Below are positions 1 through 14,034 of a stretch of 64,000 bases of DNA, piece by piece. Every line of letters starts with the position of its first letter. The first letter of the stretch is position 1. Origin of the DNA: Lama guanicoe (Eukaryota); the NCBI GenBank assembly GCA_013239625.1, contig MU054323.1:19300819-19364818 (forward strand). The letters are read 5' to 3'. Below the pieces are notes generated by a model that saw nothing but the letters and a program-made list of their open reading frames with translations, did not search any database and had not been told where the DNA came from. The position numbers were made by a program, and so were the translations under genes.

Positions 1-80
1 ACAATCTCAGAATGATGCTTGTCCACACATCTGGGCATCCTGTGGCCCAGTCAAGTTAATACATAAAATTAACCATCACA
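1..80 (-). mobile_element. MLT2 (ERVL) LTR end, cut by window edge
   Basis: Ends ...gcccagtcaagttaatacataaaattaaccatcaca, the reverse complement of the MLT2 start TGTGATGGTTAATTTTATGTGTCAACTTGACTGGGC. Confidence 0.85.
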
Positions 81-229
81 CAAAAATCACAGAGATAATT
101 AGTGGTAGATCTGAGAACAGAATTTAAGCCTTCAGGTTCAGTTTTGAAATGTACATCTGCTCTTCTCTTCAGAATAAGAAGTGGTAGGTCATCTGTTCCA
201 TTGGTTTTTGGTTAAAATTGTTATTTGGC

Positions 230-1040
230 TTTGAATAGGTTATACATGGACGTGGTAGAAAATTCAAAAGGTACAGAATAGTACACAGTGAGAAACAAGC
301 CTCCATTCACCTTTGACCCCAGTCATAAGTTCCTTCTGCAGATACAATCACTGTTAAGTTTCTTGCGTTTCCTACAGGAAAGAACCTAAGCATATTGAAT
401 AGCATATAAAATATTTATTTTTGTAGAAACAGTAGCATATCTTACATGTCATTCTGCACTATGTTTTTGTTTTTGGCTTTTTTAAAACTTAACAAAGTAT
501 CCTAGAGATTTTCCCTTAATGGTACATATAAAGTTTTTAGTATTCACAGTATGCTGATGGAACTATTTAACTAATCACTTGCTACAAAGAATATTACTAC
601 ATGTAAATAATTTTCACATGCTAGCATATCTACAATGTTTATTATATAAATAGGATACATATTAAAGATATAATACAGAAGTGAAATTACTGGGTCAAAA
701 ATATATACTCCTTTTTGTAAGGCATAATGTCTAATTGCTCTCAGTAGTAGTTATACCAATTTACTTTTCCATAAACAGAATCATCCGTTTCCCCAAACCT
801 TTGCCAACATAGTTTGTAATCAAGCATTCTTTGCTACTAAAATCTAATCATTTCTTAATGTTATCATTGTCATTTTGATTTATATTTTTCTTATTCATAA
901 CTTGAATGTTATTTCAAATGTTGAAAAGACATTTTTATTTCCTTTGCTATGAATTATCTAAACATATCACTTGCACGTTTTTTGTCAAATATTTATAGTA
1001 GTTCTCTGTAAGTTAAGGAAATTAACTTCTGGCTGTGCAA
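230..1040 (-). mobile_element. Old L1 3' region (L1ME-type), degenerate
   Basis: Antisense L1ME 3'UTR-like motifs: aaaattcaaaaggtaca, cagaagtgaaattactgggtcaaaa, ttataccaatttac. Confidence 0.65.
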
Positions 1041-1424
1041 AAAATAAATACATCATCAAATTCTAGTTATTATCTCTTAACTCAGTATTTCTAGACTTCA
1101 AAGTGTTAATGCGAGAAGCAGATTGGACAGTTTTCATTTTGGAGAGAATGAACCAAAGTGCAGTTCTGGGCACAGGGAGAATTGGGTGGGAGTCAAGAAT
1201 CAATCCATCGGCCACATTTCCAGGAAACCAATACTGTATAGAAAGTCAGCCCATTTTCCTCCTGCCACCAGAACTCTTATGTAGGAAATTCTACCAGGAA
1301 AATTCTGCTTGTTCAGTGCCTACCGATCACCTAGTGAGAGAACACCTCCCCCCCAGGTGAGGACTTAGGGGGCCCACACTGCAGTGAGGCTGCTAAGGGC
1401 ACAGGCTCTGTAGCCAGGCTGTCT

Positions 1425-1795
1425 GAGAAACCCACAGCGACACTACCTCAGCCCGGCCATCACGGTGGCCATCTCAGGGAGAAGGCAAGTTGCTATCAAG
1501 TACTTTCTGACAGGCTGAGATGAAAATGGCACTTAACCTCTGTGGCGTTCTTTCCCAAAATCCACAACCCCAGCCTAACAGAAAAGTTCCAGTTGAGAGA
1601 TATTCTACAGAACACCCAGCCACTACCCTTCAAAAGTGTCAAGGTCATGAGAAACAGGAAAGACCGAGAAACTATCACAGATTGGAGGGGCTTCAGGAGA
1701 CAGGACAACTAAACGCCATGTGGTATCCCGGATTGCATGCTGGAAAAGACACTAGCAGAAAACCTGGTGAAACCAGAATAAAATCTATAGTTTAC
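1425..1795 (+). mobile_element. L1MC/L1MD 3'UTR fragment
   Basis: aacctctgtggcgttctttcccaaaatccacaaccccagcctaa...gtcaaggtcatgagaaacaggaaagaccgagaaactatcacag matches recalled L1MC/MD 3' end. Confidence 0.8.
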
Positions 1796-1949
1796 TTTTT
1801 AAAAAGGTACGGTGTGGCCAATGGATTCATTCTTGACTCCCACCCAATTCCCCCTGTGCCCAGAACTGCACTATGGTTCATTCTCTGCAAAATGAAAACT
1901 GTCCAAATCTGCTTCTCACGTGAACACTTTGAAGTCTAGGGTATTCTTC

Positions 1950-2765
1950 TAGACCTTTTTATTGATTCATACTGCTTTTTAACCTGCTTTTTCATTAATA
2001 TCATATGAATATCTTTCTATGTCAATAAATAATCACCTTCAAAAAAAAAGACACAAATGAATGTACTTACAAAACAGAGATAGAATCACAGACAAAAAAA
2101 ACAAACTTATGATTAGCAGGGGGAAAAGGGGTAAAAGGGGCTAAATTGGGAATTCAGGATTTCTAGATACTACTATATGGAAAATAGATAAACAGCGAGG
2201 TCCTACTGTATAGCCCAGCGAACTATATCTAATACCTTGTAATGGCCTATAATGGAAAGGAACACAAGTATAACTGAGTCACTATGCTGTACACCAGAAA
2301 TTAACACAACACTGCAAATCAACTAGAATTCAATTCAAAAGTAGAACACTTCTAAATGGCAGAAAAGACCTCCAATTCTAATATTTGAGTAGAACTTCAT
2401 TTTGTGTAGTGCATGTATTATATCAGGATTTATGTGGTCAGTCTCTACGAGAAGACAAGCTGGTTTATTCGTATTTGTCAATAATACAAAGAACTCTATA
2501 ATGAAAATCCTTGGGATGAGATCTTACCGCAAGCATTCATTCCTTTAGGATAAACTCCTAAATTCCGCTAAGAGGCCTTCTGAGTCTACGGTTAGGTGCA
2601 TTTCTGAAGCTTTTGCCAGGTACTGCCAAATTACCATTCAGAGTGTTTCTGAGGGTACCCATTTCTCTCAACAGCAGGGGGTAGCATTTTTGGTTTTGCC
2701 TTCAGCAAAACAGTAGGCTAAAAAATGCCTTTATTTTTCTTTATGTGATTATTAATGAGACAATA
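1950..2765 (-). mobile_element. Degenerate L1ME-type fragment interrupted by a younger L1 at 2041-2340
   Basis: Antisense L1 motifs on both sides of the insert (atgaatatctttctatgtcaataaat; attcctttaggataaactccta; gtactgccaaatt). Confidence 0.5.
2041..2340 (+). mobile_element. Cetartiodactyl-type L1 3'UTR, 5'-truncated
   Basis: aaaatagataaacagcgaggtcctactgtatagc...aactgagtcactatgctgtacaccagaaattaacacaacactgcaaatcaact. Confidence 0.85.
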
Positions 2766-5049
2766 AGTTGCCTTTTGATGATGCCAGTGACTTCCCTAAA
2801 ACTTGTTTTTTTCTTATTCAGCTATCTTCTCTTCTGAACATTTTCCATTTCTTGCTTTCAAAGCTATTGGAACTTTAGTGTCAGTGTCTATGAAAGGTCC
2901 CCTCAAAGAAATCCCTGCTATGTCTCTAAAAATAACAAGAGGCACACTCCTAGGTTTCCTTAAATAATGATGTCAGATATTCTATAGAAAACTCTGACAA
3001 GAAGCTTCCAACTTAGCAAAGAACACACATCTGCAATCCAACCTCATTTATCACTGAGCACTTGGAAGCACAGGGCACTTATTTTTAAAGATAAATCAAG
3101 ACTCTTCTGTGAAGGGAAAAAAAAGTGTTTTACAGATGGAATTGTAAATGTTTGGGGGAAAAGATATATTTAGGCTGAGAGGTCACCTCTGGCGGGCATA
3201 TTTGCCCTCTCAAATAGCTCCTCACGGTGGTGTAGGTGTGAGTTGCTTATTAACAGAATGTAACGGTACTCAAAGGCATGAATGTTAGCTAAACTTTTTT
3301 TTTTAATTTATTTTTGGACCCTAGTAGGCTGGCGCTGAGCCTCATACCATCTATTTTGCCAAGCCCAAGAATGCTGGAGAACAAAGTAAGCTTCCTTCAG
3401 CCCCTAATTTGGACTCACTTCTATTCCCATCATTGGTAAAAAGCCCGATGGTAGGTGGTTAGACATATAGGTGATCTGGCCTAAATAATGTGCAAAGGCT
3501 GTCTTTGAGGCTTTGATCCAGTACTTTTAAAATACTCATCAGCCGTGTATCACATCTCCCTTTCTTACTGTTCTGCTAAAATTTCCTATTAAGAGTAACT
3601 TGTACACCCAGCTATCCTGTAAAAAGCAACCTTATATTGATGGGATGCCATTAAGAAATCTGGCTTCTCATTTCTCTGGATTCAAACAAAAGTGAAACAC
3701 TTTCTAAAGAACACAGTGAAAACAAACTTTTATATATGTAATCATAAAAGCTGATTCAGTGATGGTTTACAGTCAACTTTGCAAAGAGGTGTGGTCATAT
3801 CATTGTGTATAAACAGAATGCAAATGAACTTTATTCCTAAAGCAATGCTGCAGCTACTGCTTAGACTAAAATCCAGGAGGACCCCTGGGTTCAATGCCCA
3901 GTGAGACTTCAACTGAAGCCAACATTGACTGCCGCAGAGCCAGTAGGAAGTAGTGGCTCGGGAGGAAACTGATTCCTTAGGTAATCTTCATCAGCTCTTT
4001 CAATGCCATCTCAACTCAGCATAAAATCTAAATTAATGATAACTGTTTAAGAGGGTATTCCCTAAACACTTTCAACCAGATTGTCACTCTGAAGTCCCTC
4101 CTATTTAGAAGGAGAGCTTCCTCTGATCACAGCCAAAGGCAATCTGGTGGGCATCCACTAAGGACTCTGAGAAGCCAGGAACACCTTGACAACTGTTACT
4201 TATACATCATGTTTAAACAACATAGGCAATTTGCATGTTCCCCATCCCTCACCAGATCAGGACTCTGACTGCCATGATCACAGTTCTCCAGAAAACCTCT
4301 AAAATTAATGGGGACTTACCAGCTGTTCTCAAGGAACAACAACAACAAAAAAGCCTACAGTTAGAATGATTAAAAGGCATCATCTGATGCATATGACACC
4401 CCCCCATTCAACTAGAGATTTCTCAGAACATTTCCAGAATTTTCTATTTTCTAGGGTTCTTTAGCATAAGATGTAAAGTCAGAATACTTTATTTGGTGTC
4501 TTGGCCCCAACACTAGCTGAGTGATCTGAAGACAATCAGTTCTGAAGACACAATTGTCCTCTGCTAGGACAACTGCCAAGTGTGAAGACTGATTTCCCCA
4601 CCAAAGAAAACAGAGCTTACACAACCCCAGCACTTACACAATAAAGGGGGTTAACTTTCTTCGAAGAATGAGAAAGTTTATTTCCAAAGGTTACCCAATT
4701 TCCAGTGGACCTGCCAAGTAAAATACTGTTGTTGTTTTTCTTTAGTTGCTCTACATGGCATGTCAGGGTAATCACACATAGAATGATCATAACGTCACCA
4801 AACAGAAATTTGCTTCAACATTTCAGGCTATCATGAGTCAAGATACTTGAACAACAGTGGATTGAAATAATCCAAAAGACAGTCTCTTTTGTTATCTTTA
4901 AATAAATACTTATAGAAGGACGTTTTTTCTTGATGAAGAAAGATGCCATGTCAGATTATTCATTTCATCAGTACTGTTTTACCACTGAGTCCTCAAAGAT
5001 TCAGTGTCTCCACAGTCATTTTTATTCATCCACATCTCAAAGTTTCTTT

Positions 5050-5896
5050 CTTTACTTTTTTTGTATTTTTTAACATTTTTTATTGAGTTATAGTCATTTT
5101 ACAATGTTGTGTCAAATTCTAGTGTAGAGCACAATTTTTCAGTTATACATGAACATACATATATTCATTGTCACATTTTTTTTCACTGTGAGCTACCACA
5201 AGATCTTGTATATATTTTCACTGTGCTATACAATCTTGTTTATCTATTCTACATTTTGAAATCCCAGTCTGTCCCTTCCTACCTCCCACCCCCTTGGCAA
5301 CCACAAGTTTGTATTCTATGTCTATGAGTCTGTTTCTGTTTTGTTTTTATGTTTGTTTTGTTTTTGTAGATTCCACATATGAGCAATCTCATATAGTATT
5401 TTTCTTTCTCTTTCTGGCTTACTTCACTTAGAATGACATTCTCCAGGAACATCCATGTTGCTGCAAATGGCATTATGTTGTCAGTTTTTATGGCTGAATA
5501 GTATTCCATTGTATAAGTATATCACATTTTCTTTATCCAGTCATCTGTTGTTGGACATTTAGGCAGTTTCCATGTCTTGGCTATTGTAAATAGTACTGCC
5601 ATGGAGATTGGGGTGCAGGTGTCTTTTTGAAGTAGGGCTCCTTCTGGATATATGCCCAGGAGCAGGATTCCTGGGTCATATGGTAAGTCTATTCCTAGTC
5701 TTTTGAGGAATCTCCATATTGTTTTCCACAGTGGCTGCACCAAACTGCATTCCCACCAGCAGTGTAGGGGGGTTCCCTTTTCTCCACAGCCTCTCCAGCA
5801 TTTGTCATTTGTGGACTTCTGAATGATGGCCATTCTGACTGGCCATACCTCACTGTAGTTTTGATTTGCATTTCTCTGATAATTAGTGATATTGAG
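5050..5896 (-). mobile_element. Young lineage-specific L1, 5'-truncated (ORF2 C-terminus plus 3'UTR), with 14-bp TSD
   Basis: Minus ORFs give L1 ORF2 peptides ([27 protein letters not shown]...MPFAATW). TSD ctcaaagtttcttt at 5036-5049 and 5897-5910. T-rich tail on the left. Confidence 0.95.
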
Positions 5897-6078
5897 CTCA
5901 AAGTTTCTTTTTAATTAAAGCAATTCTATCAAGAAATAAAAATGTGTATGTCTTTGCAATACAATTATTCATTGACAGTGTTTGATATTGAGAAAAATGA
6001 CAACTAATAAGCCAGCTTTGTGAGCCTCTCAGTCACCGAGCTGAGGAGGGAACACCAAGCTTGTACAGCGCTTCCTAA

Positions 6079-6125
6079 ATATTAGGTTAAATCATGTGAA
6101 ATTGTCAATATCCACCCGTTTTTGA
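6079..6125. mobile_element. MADE2-like Mariner MITE fragment
   Basis: attaggttaaatcatgtgaaattgtcaatat resembles the MADE2 TIR ttaggttgaaccatatgaaattgcc. Confidence 0.5.
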
Positions 6126-7559
6126 AAAATAAATCTGTATCTATTATCATGATTGTTTTCTTCTCCATGAAGAAAAATATCAGTCAACTGTGAAATTTTT
6201 GAACAGAACATGCACACAGCTGAGCTAGCATATAACTGAGTAAACATGCAGAATCAGAACGTTATAATCCCATTATAAATTTATTTCTTAAAACAAACAA
6301 AAAACAAAAATTACCTTTATAAGACCACCAGAGCCAAACTAAGGAGAATAAGTGGTGAATAGTTTAAGACAAGAAGGCACCACAGAGTTGTGCAAGGGCT
6401 GTTGATGTGTGCAGGGTGTGCAACAGCCTTTATAAAGGCTTCCACTTTCATAATTTCACACACAATAGGACTGGCCAAAAATGTGTTCATCCCCAAATAT
6501 CTTTTTTCCTAATCAATCACATTCGTGCTGAAAATTCACATATATCATTGGACAATTCTTTGCAAATTATATCATCACCAAGCTGGTGGCAAAATAATAT
6601 GCTTTCCATATATAAATCCGATACCAGCAAAACAGTAATGCAACCACCCTATTACTAAACACTTTAAAACTGGTTTAAACCAAATCTCTCAACCAGTTAG
6701 ATATTCAATTATGACTGTTTAACACATTATAATGCAGTGATTAATAACTTCATTCTATGTGGACCCCTTTTGCTTCTTAGTCGACTATTTCTAACAAAAT
6801 TAATTTCCCAGGTACACAAAATCCTGTACTTTATAAAATTATTTTCTGTTACAAGAGACTTACTTTCTTATAAAGACTTACTTTTTAATAATGACCTTAA
6901 AAGAACTGTAAATATTTTGTTTATTTTTTGACTGTAATTTTTTGGATTTTATTGTTTTACTGTTCCAAGTGAACCATTTCCTTTTTTATTGCAATTTCTG
7001 TTGAATTTACTTCAAAGTGTGCATGCTTGGAATTTAAATGTCACTAAGAATTACAATAGTACCTAGCATTTATGAATAGTTTTCTCCACACGAGAACAGT
7101 GTTATTGACAAAAATATATTATTGCAATTAAACAAATGCTGCATTCATGCTTTGTATTTTCTCATATAAGTAACAGCAAAATTTAATTTAAATTCATTTG
7201 ACTGGAGAATCAAATAAAACTCACAGTATAATAAAATTCGAAGTAGAAGTATACCCTACCCTTCTTAGAGTCATTTAAGGTTTTTATTAAGATTGTACTA
7301 AACCTGTATATTCCTTTGGAAATAACACTTCTGTAATATGAACTTTCTCCAAGCAAGCTCACTTAAAATTGATTTACTTATTCATACAAAGTTTTATAAC
7401 TTTCTTTTCACACATTTCTTATAATGTTTACCCGGGTATCTTATACTTACTGCTATTGCTGAATATAATGGATTCACCCATCATATTTTCTAAGTTATTA
7501 TTAATAAAACTTTATAGTTTTTTGAACTCCACACACTGTAATAAGGGCCTTGTAATAAT

Positions 7560-7685
7560 TACCTTACTTTGCCTCACAAAAACCAAATGTGGGATGTATT
7601 ATTATTAGCCTCTTTTTACAACTAAAGAAACCAAGACTCAGAAAATTCAAATCACTTTAAAAGGTCATACAACTAAGACTACCAG
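7560..7685 (-). mobile_element. MIR SINE fragment
   Basis: tattattagcctctttttacaactaaagaaaccaagactcaga...aaggtcatacaacta, antisense MIR core. Confidence 0.65.
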
Positions 7686-8574
7686 TCTCTAGACGCTCTT
7701 AATTTTAGCTTAAATCTTCTTAAATTTATCAAGTTTTCTTCAGTTTAGCTTAGCAATTTCAAAAGATAATCATTTAAGAAGCAAGTTTGTGAAAGCCAAT
7801 CATTTGAGGAGCCTTAAATCTCTGCCAAAATTGTAGGTATTTCCTACCTTTGAGGAGGAGATACAGTTCATTTTCACATTGGTCATTTTACTTCAGCCAC
7901 ATGGGCAAAGCAGATGCTTCACAGACATAAAGTTAATGGTCAAAAGAAGCTGAAATGTCTTAAACTGTTATTTATATAATTAAAAACTAGGATTTTCTTC
8001 TGAAACTGTCTTCTTTTTTTAAAAACGTAAGATTTATTAGGGGAAAGCCATGACTGCACTCACAGTTGGTAACACACACAATAGATGCTCAATGGATATC
8101 TGTGGACTGTATCTCCGTATTTAACAAATTTAATTAAAAAAAACAAAACACTTAACCATATGAGGTATTTTTGTGATTTAGTTAAGATTGAATTAGAGAG
8201 GAATATGCTTTTCCAAAATGTATTTTGGCTTCCTTTGGCCACTGGGAATAGGGAGATGAAATACATGAGCTGTGAGGAGGAGATGGAAATGAACCAGGGT
8301 AAGAGGCCAAGGGAGCAGCAGGTAGGATTAAATATAATAAACAAGATTTCAGGGCAGGACGATGGGGCCAGGAAAGAAAGGTGGCTGGGGAGAGGAGGCA
8401 GGAGGTTCTTAAGAAGTTAGAAAAAGAACACAATAAACTAAAATAAACTAGGAAGAGACAATGAAATAGTTGCCCCATTTTTATCTCTGGGTGTTTACGA
8501 CTAGAACACAGAAAAATATTCAGTTTGCATATTTATCTTCTATCCAGCCATCTCACCAAATCTCAATTTTTGAA

Positions 8575-9535
8575 ACAGGCTTTTTAAAGAGCAATTCACA
8601 GCAAAATTGAGTGGATGGTAGACAGATTTCTTATATATCCTCTTCTCCCATATACACATAGCCTCCCCCACTATCACATTTCTTCACCAGAGTGATACAT
8701 TTGTTACAACTGATGAACCTACACTGAGACATTACTACACATATTCCATAATTTATTTTAGGATTTACTCTTGATATCATACATCCTATGTGTTTGGACA
8801 AGTGTATCCACCAGTATAGTATCATACAGAGTATTTTCACTGCCCTAAAAATCCTCTGTGCTCTACCTATTCATCCTTCCCTTCTTCCAACCTCTGGCAA
8901 CCACTGATACTTTCACTGTCTCCATACTTTTGTCACCACAAAATGTCATATTATTGGAATCCCACAGTATGTAACCCCTCTGATTGATCCTTTCACTTAA
9001 TAACATGCATTTAAATTTCCTCCAAGTCTCTTCATGGCTTGGTAGCTCATTTCTGTAAGTGCTGAATAATATTCTATGGTCTAAACGTACCAAAATTTAT
9101 GTATCCATCAACCTACTGAAGGACACTTTGGTTGTTCCAAACTTTTGGCCATTACAAATAAGGCTACTATTAAAATCCACGTGCAGGTTTTTGTGTGGAC
9201 ATAAGATTTTGATTCATTTGGGTAAATACCAAGAAATACAATTGCTGGATCACATGGTAAGAGTATGAATTTTAAATTGAATTTTGAATTTTTGTTAAAA
9301 AAAATTTTAACAACCCTGAAAATTGGCATTCACCATTAGCAATGAATAAGAGTTCCTACTATTCCACATCCTAGCCAGCATTTGGTGTCAGTTTTCCAGA
9401 TTTTGGCCACTCTCATAGGTGTGTAGTGATACCTCATGGTTGTTTTAATTTGCAATTCTGTAATGACACAAAGTCCAGCATTTGATCACATGTCATCTAC
9501 GCATCTTCTTTGACGAGGAGTCCGTTCAGGTTGGG
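8575..9535 (-). mobile_element. L1MC1-like 3' end
   Basis: cacagcaaaattgagtgga...acatttgttacaactgatgaacctacactga...ttttcactgccctaaaaatcctctgtgctc; ORF2-like peptide DPAIVFLGIYP on minus strand. Confidence 0.9.
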
Positions 9536-9996
9536 TGTGTGACTTTATGTTCAAAGAAAAACTCTGTAGTTCATCAAACTCTGCGACTCCATTGGACTTA
9601 GAGCATTTGACTGTAAAGAACGCAGTCTTCATTGCCATTGGTTTAATTCCTGTCTGTTCGGACTTCGAATTTCTGCACATTCTGGAATTCAACATTCTAG
9701 ATTTTTGTTGTGATCACCAGTTTAGTAAGTACACATGCCTTATCAGAGTAGTGTGCAAGCATCGTCTTGCAAACAACAGGAAATCTAATGATTTTAGTGT
9801 CCCAGGATCTTATCATTCCAGTATCTTGAGTTAAAGAAAGCATCTCAGTAAACAGTTACCCTCTTGTTACATACGCACTATTTCCAATTAAGCTAACCTC
9901 CACACTTTGATTAAACTTGCGCCAAATAACCCATAAACTGACCACCACCGAAAAATAAGTAGATAAGTAAATAGGAAGAAGAGGAAAAGCACTCAC

Positions 9997-10110
9997 AACT
10001 GTCACCATTGTTTTTGTTGCATTTTACAAAAACCATATTTCACAACAAGACTTTTTCACATGAATAATGCAGCCAAAGCAGAGCCCACCAGCCTTCCCAT
10101 TCTAGCTTGA
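9997..10110 (-). other. Candidate alternative first exon ending ATG GTG ACA GTT; 5' boundary unknown
   Basis: Minus strand aaaacaATGGTGACAGTT|gtgagt: good Kozak context (A-3, G+4) at 10008 and GT donor at 9996-9995, in unique sequence. Confidence 0.25.
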
Positions 10111-10301
10111 ATAAACACTTGGAATACTTTTATCCTTCTTTATCTGTTGGTTTTCTTTTGTATTGCTACCATAAGATAGATTATAGTTAAACAATAGATT
10201 TTTTAAGTACCAAGAATTTTCTATACGTAAATTGTCCACGATTACCACTCTGAGTCTACATAATTCCCATTTCTCCCTTGTTGGTATCTTTCAATAATGA
10301 A

Positions 10302-10302
<1 letters not shown>

Positions 10303-10342
<40 letters not shown>
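10303..10342. repeat. (CA)20 microsatellite
   Basis: Direct reading. Confidence 0.98.
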
Positions 10343-10344
<2 letters not shown>

Positions 10345-11481
10345 GGGCTGCAGAACAATCATTAGATAAACAATCATCCTCCACATTGGTGGGTGGCCCA
10401 TGCCTTCAGCAGCAACATATGCATTTTGTAGGTCTGAAGCCTACACGCTTTTCCTTTCTGTCCATTCTATGTAACACAAAGGAGCTTATTTTCGTCATTC
10501 AGAAGAATAATGTTCTTCTCCCTTGGAAGCTTTGTTCTGATTTATAGCATAACCTAGCCTTTTTCAGAATAAAATAACTGCTTCTTTAAATGGTACTTCT
10601 TAAAAGTTCTTTCTCTCAGCAGGTCCCTAAAAGTGGGAAAATATCTCTCCATTCATACCAGGCTTTGACAGAAACAAAGTTGTTTGAAAGTTTCTCTTAA
10701 ATCTCTTTTTCACCCAAGAACGGCATATAGAGAAACAACACTCCACACAGTTCCCACTGCTTATACGGTCAAGACAAGATTTGTATTAGGTTAAGGGTCA
10801 GGATATGAGAAATGCCAACAAACATAATTACGAGATAATGGGGAGTTAAATTGGAGTAAGGATAAACTATTCAGTAGTGGTAACTACAGAAGAGAAAAGG
10901 AAATGGGTGAAGTAAAATGAGTGAAAGGGTGATGAGATTATGAAACCTCAAGTTTATAGCAAGTTTGGGAGAACTTTTTTTAAGTATTACACTACTTTGC
11001 CCCAAAAGAATGAGAAGCAAAACATTATTTTTTTCTACCTATAACTTTTATAGTTTTAAAACCTTTATTTCCTGCTCTACCACAGTGAATCTTTAGTTGA
11101 ACTGAATCCTATGAATATAAGATATCTTTGCATGATTGATCATCTAATAAGTAAGAAACCTCTGAAGAATGTTTTTGCCTATAGGTCATTATCTTAAAAA
11201 TAAAAAGAACGTCAAGATACTCTTCTTTAAATTTCTGATTAGCCACAAAGAAACTGGAAAAAGATAGAACTGAGAATAGGAAACTCTGCAAACAGAAACT
11301 CTTTCCCTGTTATTTGTAAGCTGGATATTGCCCTGTGTCATCAACGAACTTTAAAGAGTTGATGTCAATCTGCCCTTCAGTTCTCAAGAATGAGAACCAG
11401 GATCTCAGTCTACAGAGAAGCTTTTGACTGGTTCATGACAGACTGCTTCTGCTCAAGACAATTTACATTAGCACCCTCCCT

Positions 11482-13390
11482 TCAAAAACTAACATAGGTA
11501 GGTACAAGTCGAACAAAATATGAACAACATCTCCATGAGGAAGACCACAAAACTCTGATGAACAAAATCAAACAAGAACTAAATGAGAGGAGAGAGAGTT
11601 TATGTTCATGGATTAGAAGACTCACTATTGTCACGGTATTAGTTCTTTCCAAGCGGATGACAATCAAATCCCCAACTAGTTATTTGCTGATATGAAAAAA
11701 CTAACTCTAAAGTTTATATGGAGATGCAAAAGAAACCTAGAACAGCCAAAAAATATTGAAGGCAAGAAAATAAAGCTGGAGGACTGATGCCACCCAATTT
11801 CAATGCTTACTCTAAAGCTACAGTAATTAAGACAGTGTGCTACTGGCAACGGACGAAGAGGTCAGTAGAACAGAACAGAGAACACAGCGATAGACCCCCA
11901 CAGATACAGGCAACCAATCTTTGACAAAGGGGCAAAGTCTTGAACGAATGGTATGGAAACAATTTGATATCCACATGCAACAAAAAGAAAAAATCTAGAC
12001 ACAGATCTTATACCTTTAACAAAAATTAACTCAAAATGGATCACAGACCTAAATATAAAATGCAAAACTATAAAATTCCCAGAGGACAACAGAGGAGAAA
12101 TGTAGAGGATCTTGGGTATTGCGATCGTTTTTTAGGTATAACACCAAAGGCACAATGTATGAAAGAAACAATGGATAAGTAGGACTTCATTAAAATTTAA
12201 AACTTCTTCTTCTGTGCAAAACAGTATCAAGAGAATTAGAAGACAAGCCACAGACTGGTAAGAAAATATTTGTAAAAGACACACCTGATAAAGAACTGTT
12301 ATCCAAACTACACAAAGAACTTTTAAAACTCAGCGTTAAGAAAACAAACAGCCTGATTTTAAAATGGACCAAAGACCTTAACAGAAACCTCACCAAGGAA
12401 GATACACAGACGGAAAATAAACATATGAGAAAGTGCTCTACATCAGATGTCATTAGGGAATTGCAAATTAAAGTAACAGTGAGCTACCACTACACAACTT
12501 ACTAGAATGGCTAAAGCCCAGAACAGTGACAACACCAAATGCTGGTGAGAATGTGAAGCAACTCTAATACCTTGCTGGTGGGCATACAAAGTGGTGCAGC
12601 CACTTTGGAAGATACTTTGGCAGTTTGTCGCAAAACTAAACATACTCTTATTACATGGACCAATAATCAAGCTCCTTGGTATTTAACCTAAAGAGTTGAA
12701 AAGTTATTTCCACACAAACACCTGCACAAGGATGCTTACAGTAACTTTATTCATAACTGCTAAAACTTGGAAACAAGCAAGATACCATTCAGCAGGTGAA
12801 AAGATAAATAAACTGCGGTAGTCCAGACAACAGAGTATTACTCCATGTGAAAATACATGAGCTATCAAGCAATGAAAAGACATGGAGGAATCTTAAATGC
12901 ATATTACTAAGTGAAAGGAGCCAATCTGAGAAAGTTACACACTGTAGGATTCCAACTATATGACATCCTGGGAAAGACAAAACTATGGAGACAGTAAAAA
13001 GATCAGTGGTTGCCAAGGATTGGGGGATGTGTGGAGGGATGAGCAGGCAGAGCGCGGAGGATATTCAGGGCAGTGAATATACTCTGTATGAGATTATAAT
13101 GATGGACACATGTCATTATACATTAGTCATAACCCAATGAGTGGTACAAAACCAAGAGCGAACCCTTAGGTAAACTATGGACTTTGGGTAATTATATCAT
13201 CAAGATGGGATTATCCTTGGTTAAAAACAACAACAACAACAACAACAAACTAGAATGTGCCTTTCTGATAAGTTATGTTGATATTGGGAGAGGCTATGCA
13301 CGTATAGGGAATTGGGTTAGACCAGAAATCATTATGTCTCCTCAACTTTCTTGTAGACCTAAAACTTCTTTAAAAAAAAAAAAGTAAAGA
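11482..13390 (+). mobile_element. L1MC1-like element: 3' part of ORF2, 3'UTR and A tail
   Basis: ORF2 motifs (tgttcatggattagaagactcactattgtca; aaaattaactcaaaatggatcacagacctaaa); 3' end agacctaaaacttctttaaaaaaaaaaaag. Confidence 0.92.
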
Positions 13391-14034
13391 TTTAAAAATA
13401 AACCTGGAAAAAACACAGAAGAATTAAGAAACAGGAGCACAGAATTTTCGAGACGGTGTAAGACTAGCATCCAGAGGAAACTGGAAGAGGCACTGTGTAT
13501 ACTCACATAACACAAGAACAGGTTTGCACCCAGAGCATGAGAAAGTCAGCATGGAAGGCACTTTTGACAAGGAAATGAGGGGCTGTGCTGTTTTCATCTC
13601 TAACAATGGGGTAGCTCTGCATTACAGTTCCAATAGTGTTCCACCACTGTTCCTGGGATCTAGGTGGTTGTCTTTAGGCATCCTTCTTGATACTGGTGGA
13701 TAAGGGCTAGTAGTTGTGTTCTGAGAAAGTGTGGAAGCCAAAAACGACATATTATCTTTGCTCTGTTTAAATCTGTCCATGGGCACTCTGAACATTTGAA
13801 CCACACAGGGAAGACAGGGCTCAATATGACTAAGTTAAGCACCAGTTCCTTTAACTGCTCGATAGTATTTAAAACACCTTCATCACCTTAATCATCCTCT
13901 CTTTTTTAATCATAATTTGACAGCCTTTCTCCCAGCTGCAACTTCTTCAAGGCCTTCTGGTTGTAGAGAGGAACTGGAAGACGGTCACTGGGGATGGGAA
14001 AGGGAGCTAACAACTCAGAGACTGACCTGTTCTG

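Noticed and set aside
1520..1939. 139-aa ORF
   Set aside because: Lies mostly in an L1MC/MD 3'UTR; no recognisable domain.
5279..5901. Protein-like minus-strand ORFs
   Set aside because: Fragments of the L1 ORF2 C-terminus in a 5'-truncated copy, not a host gene.
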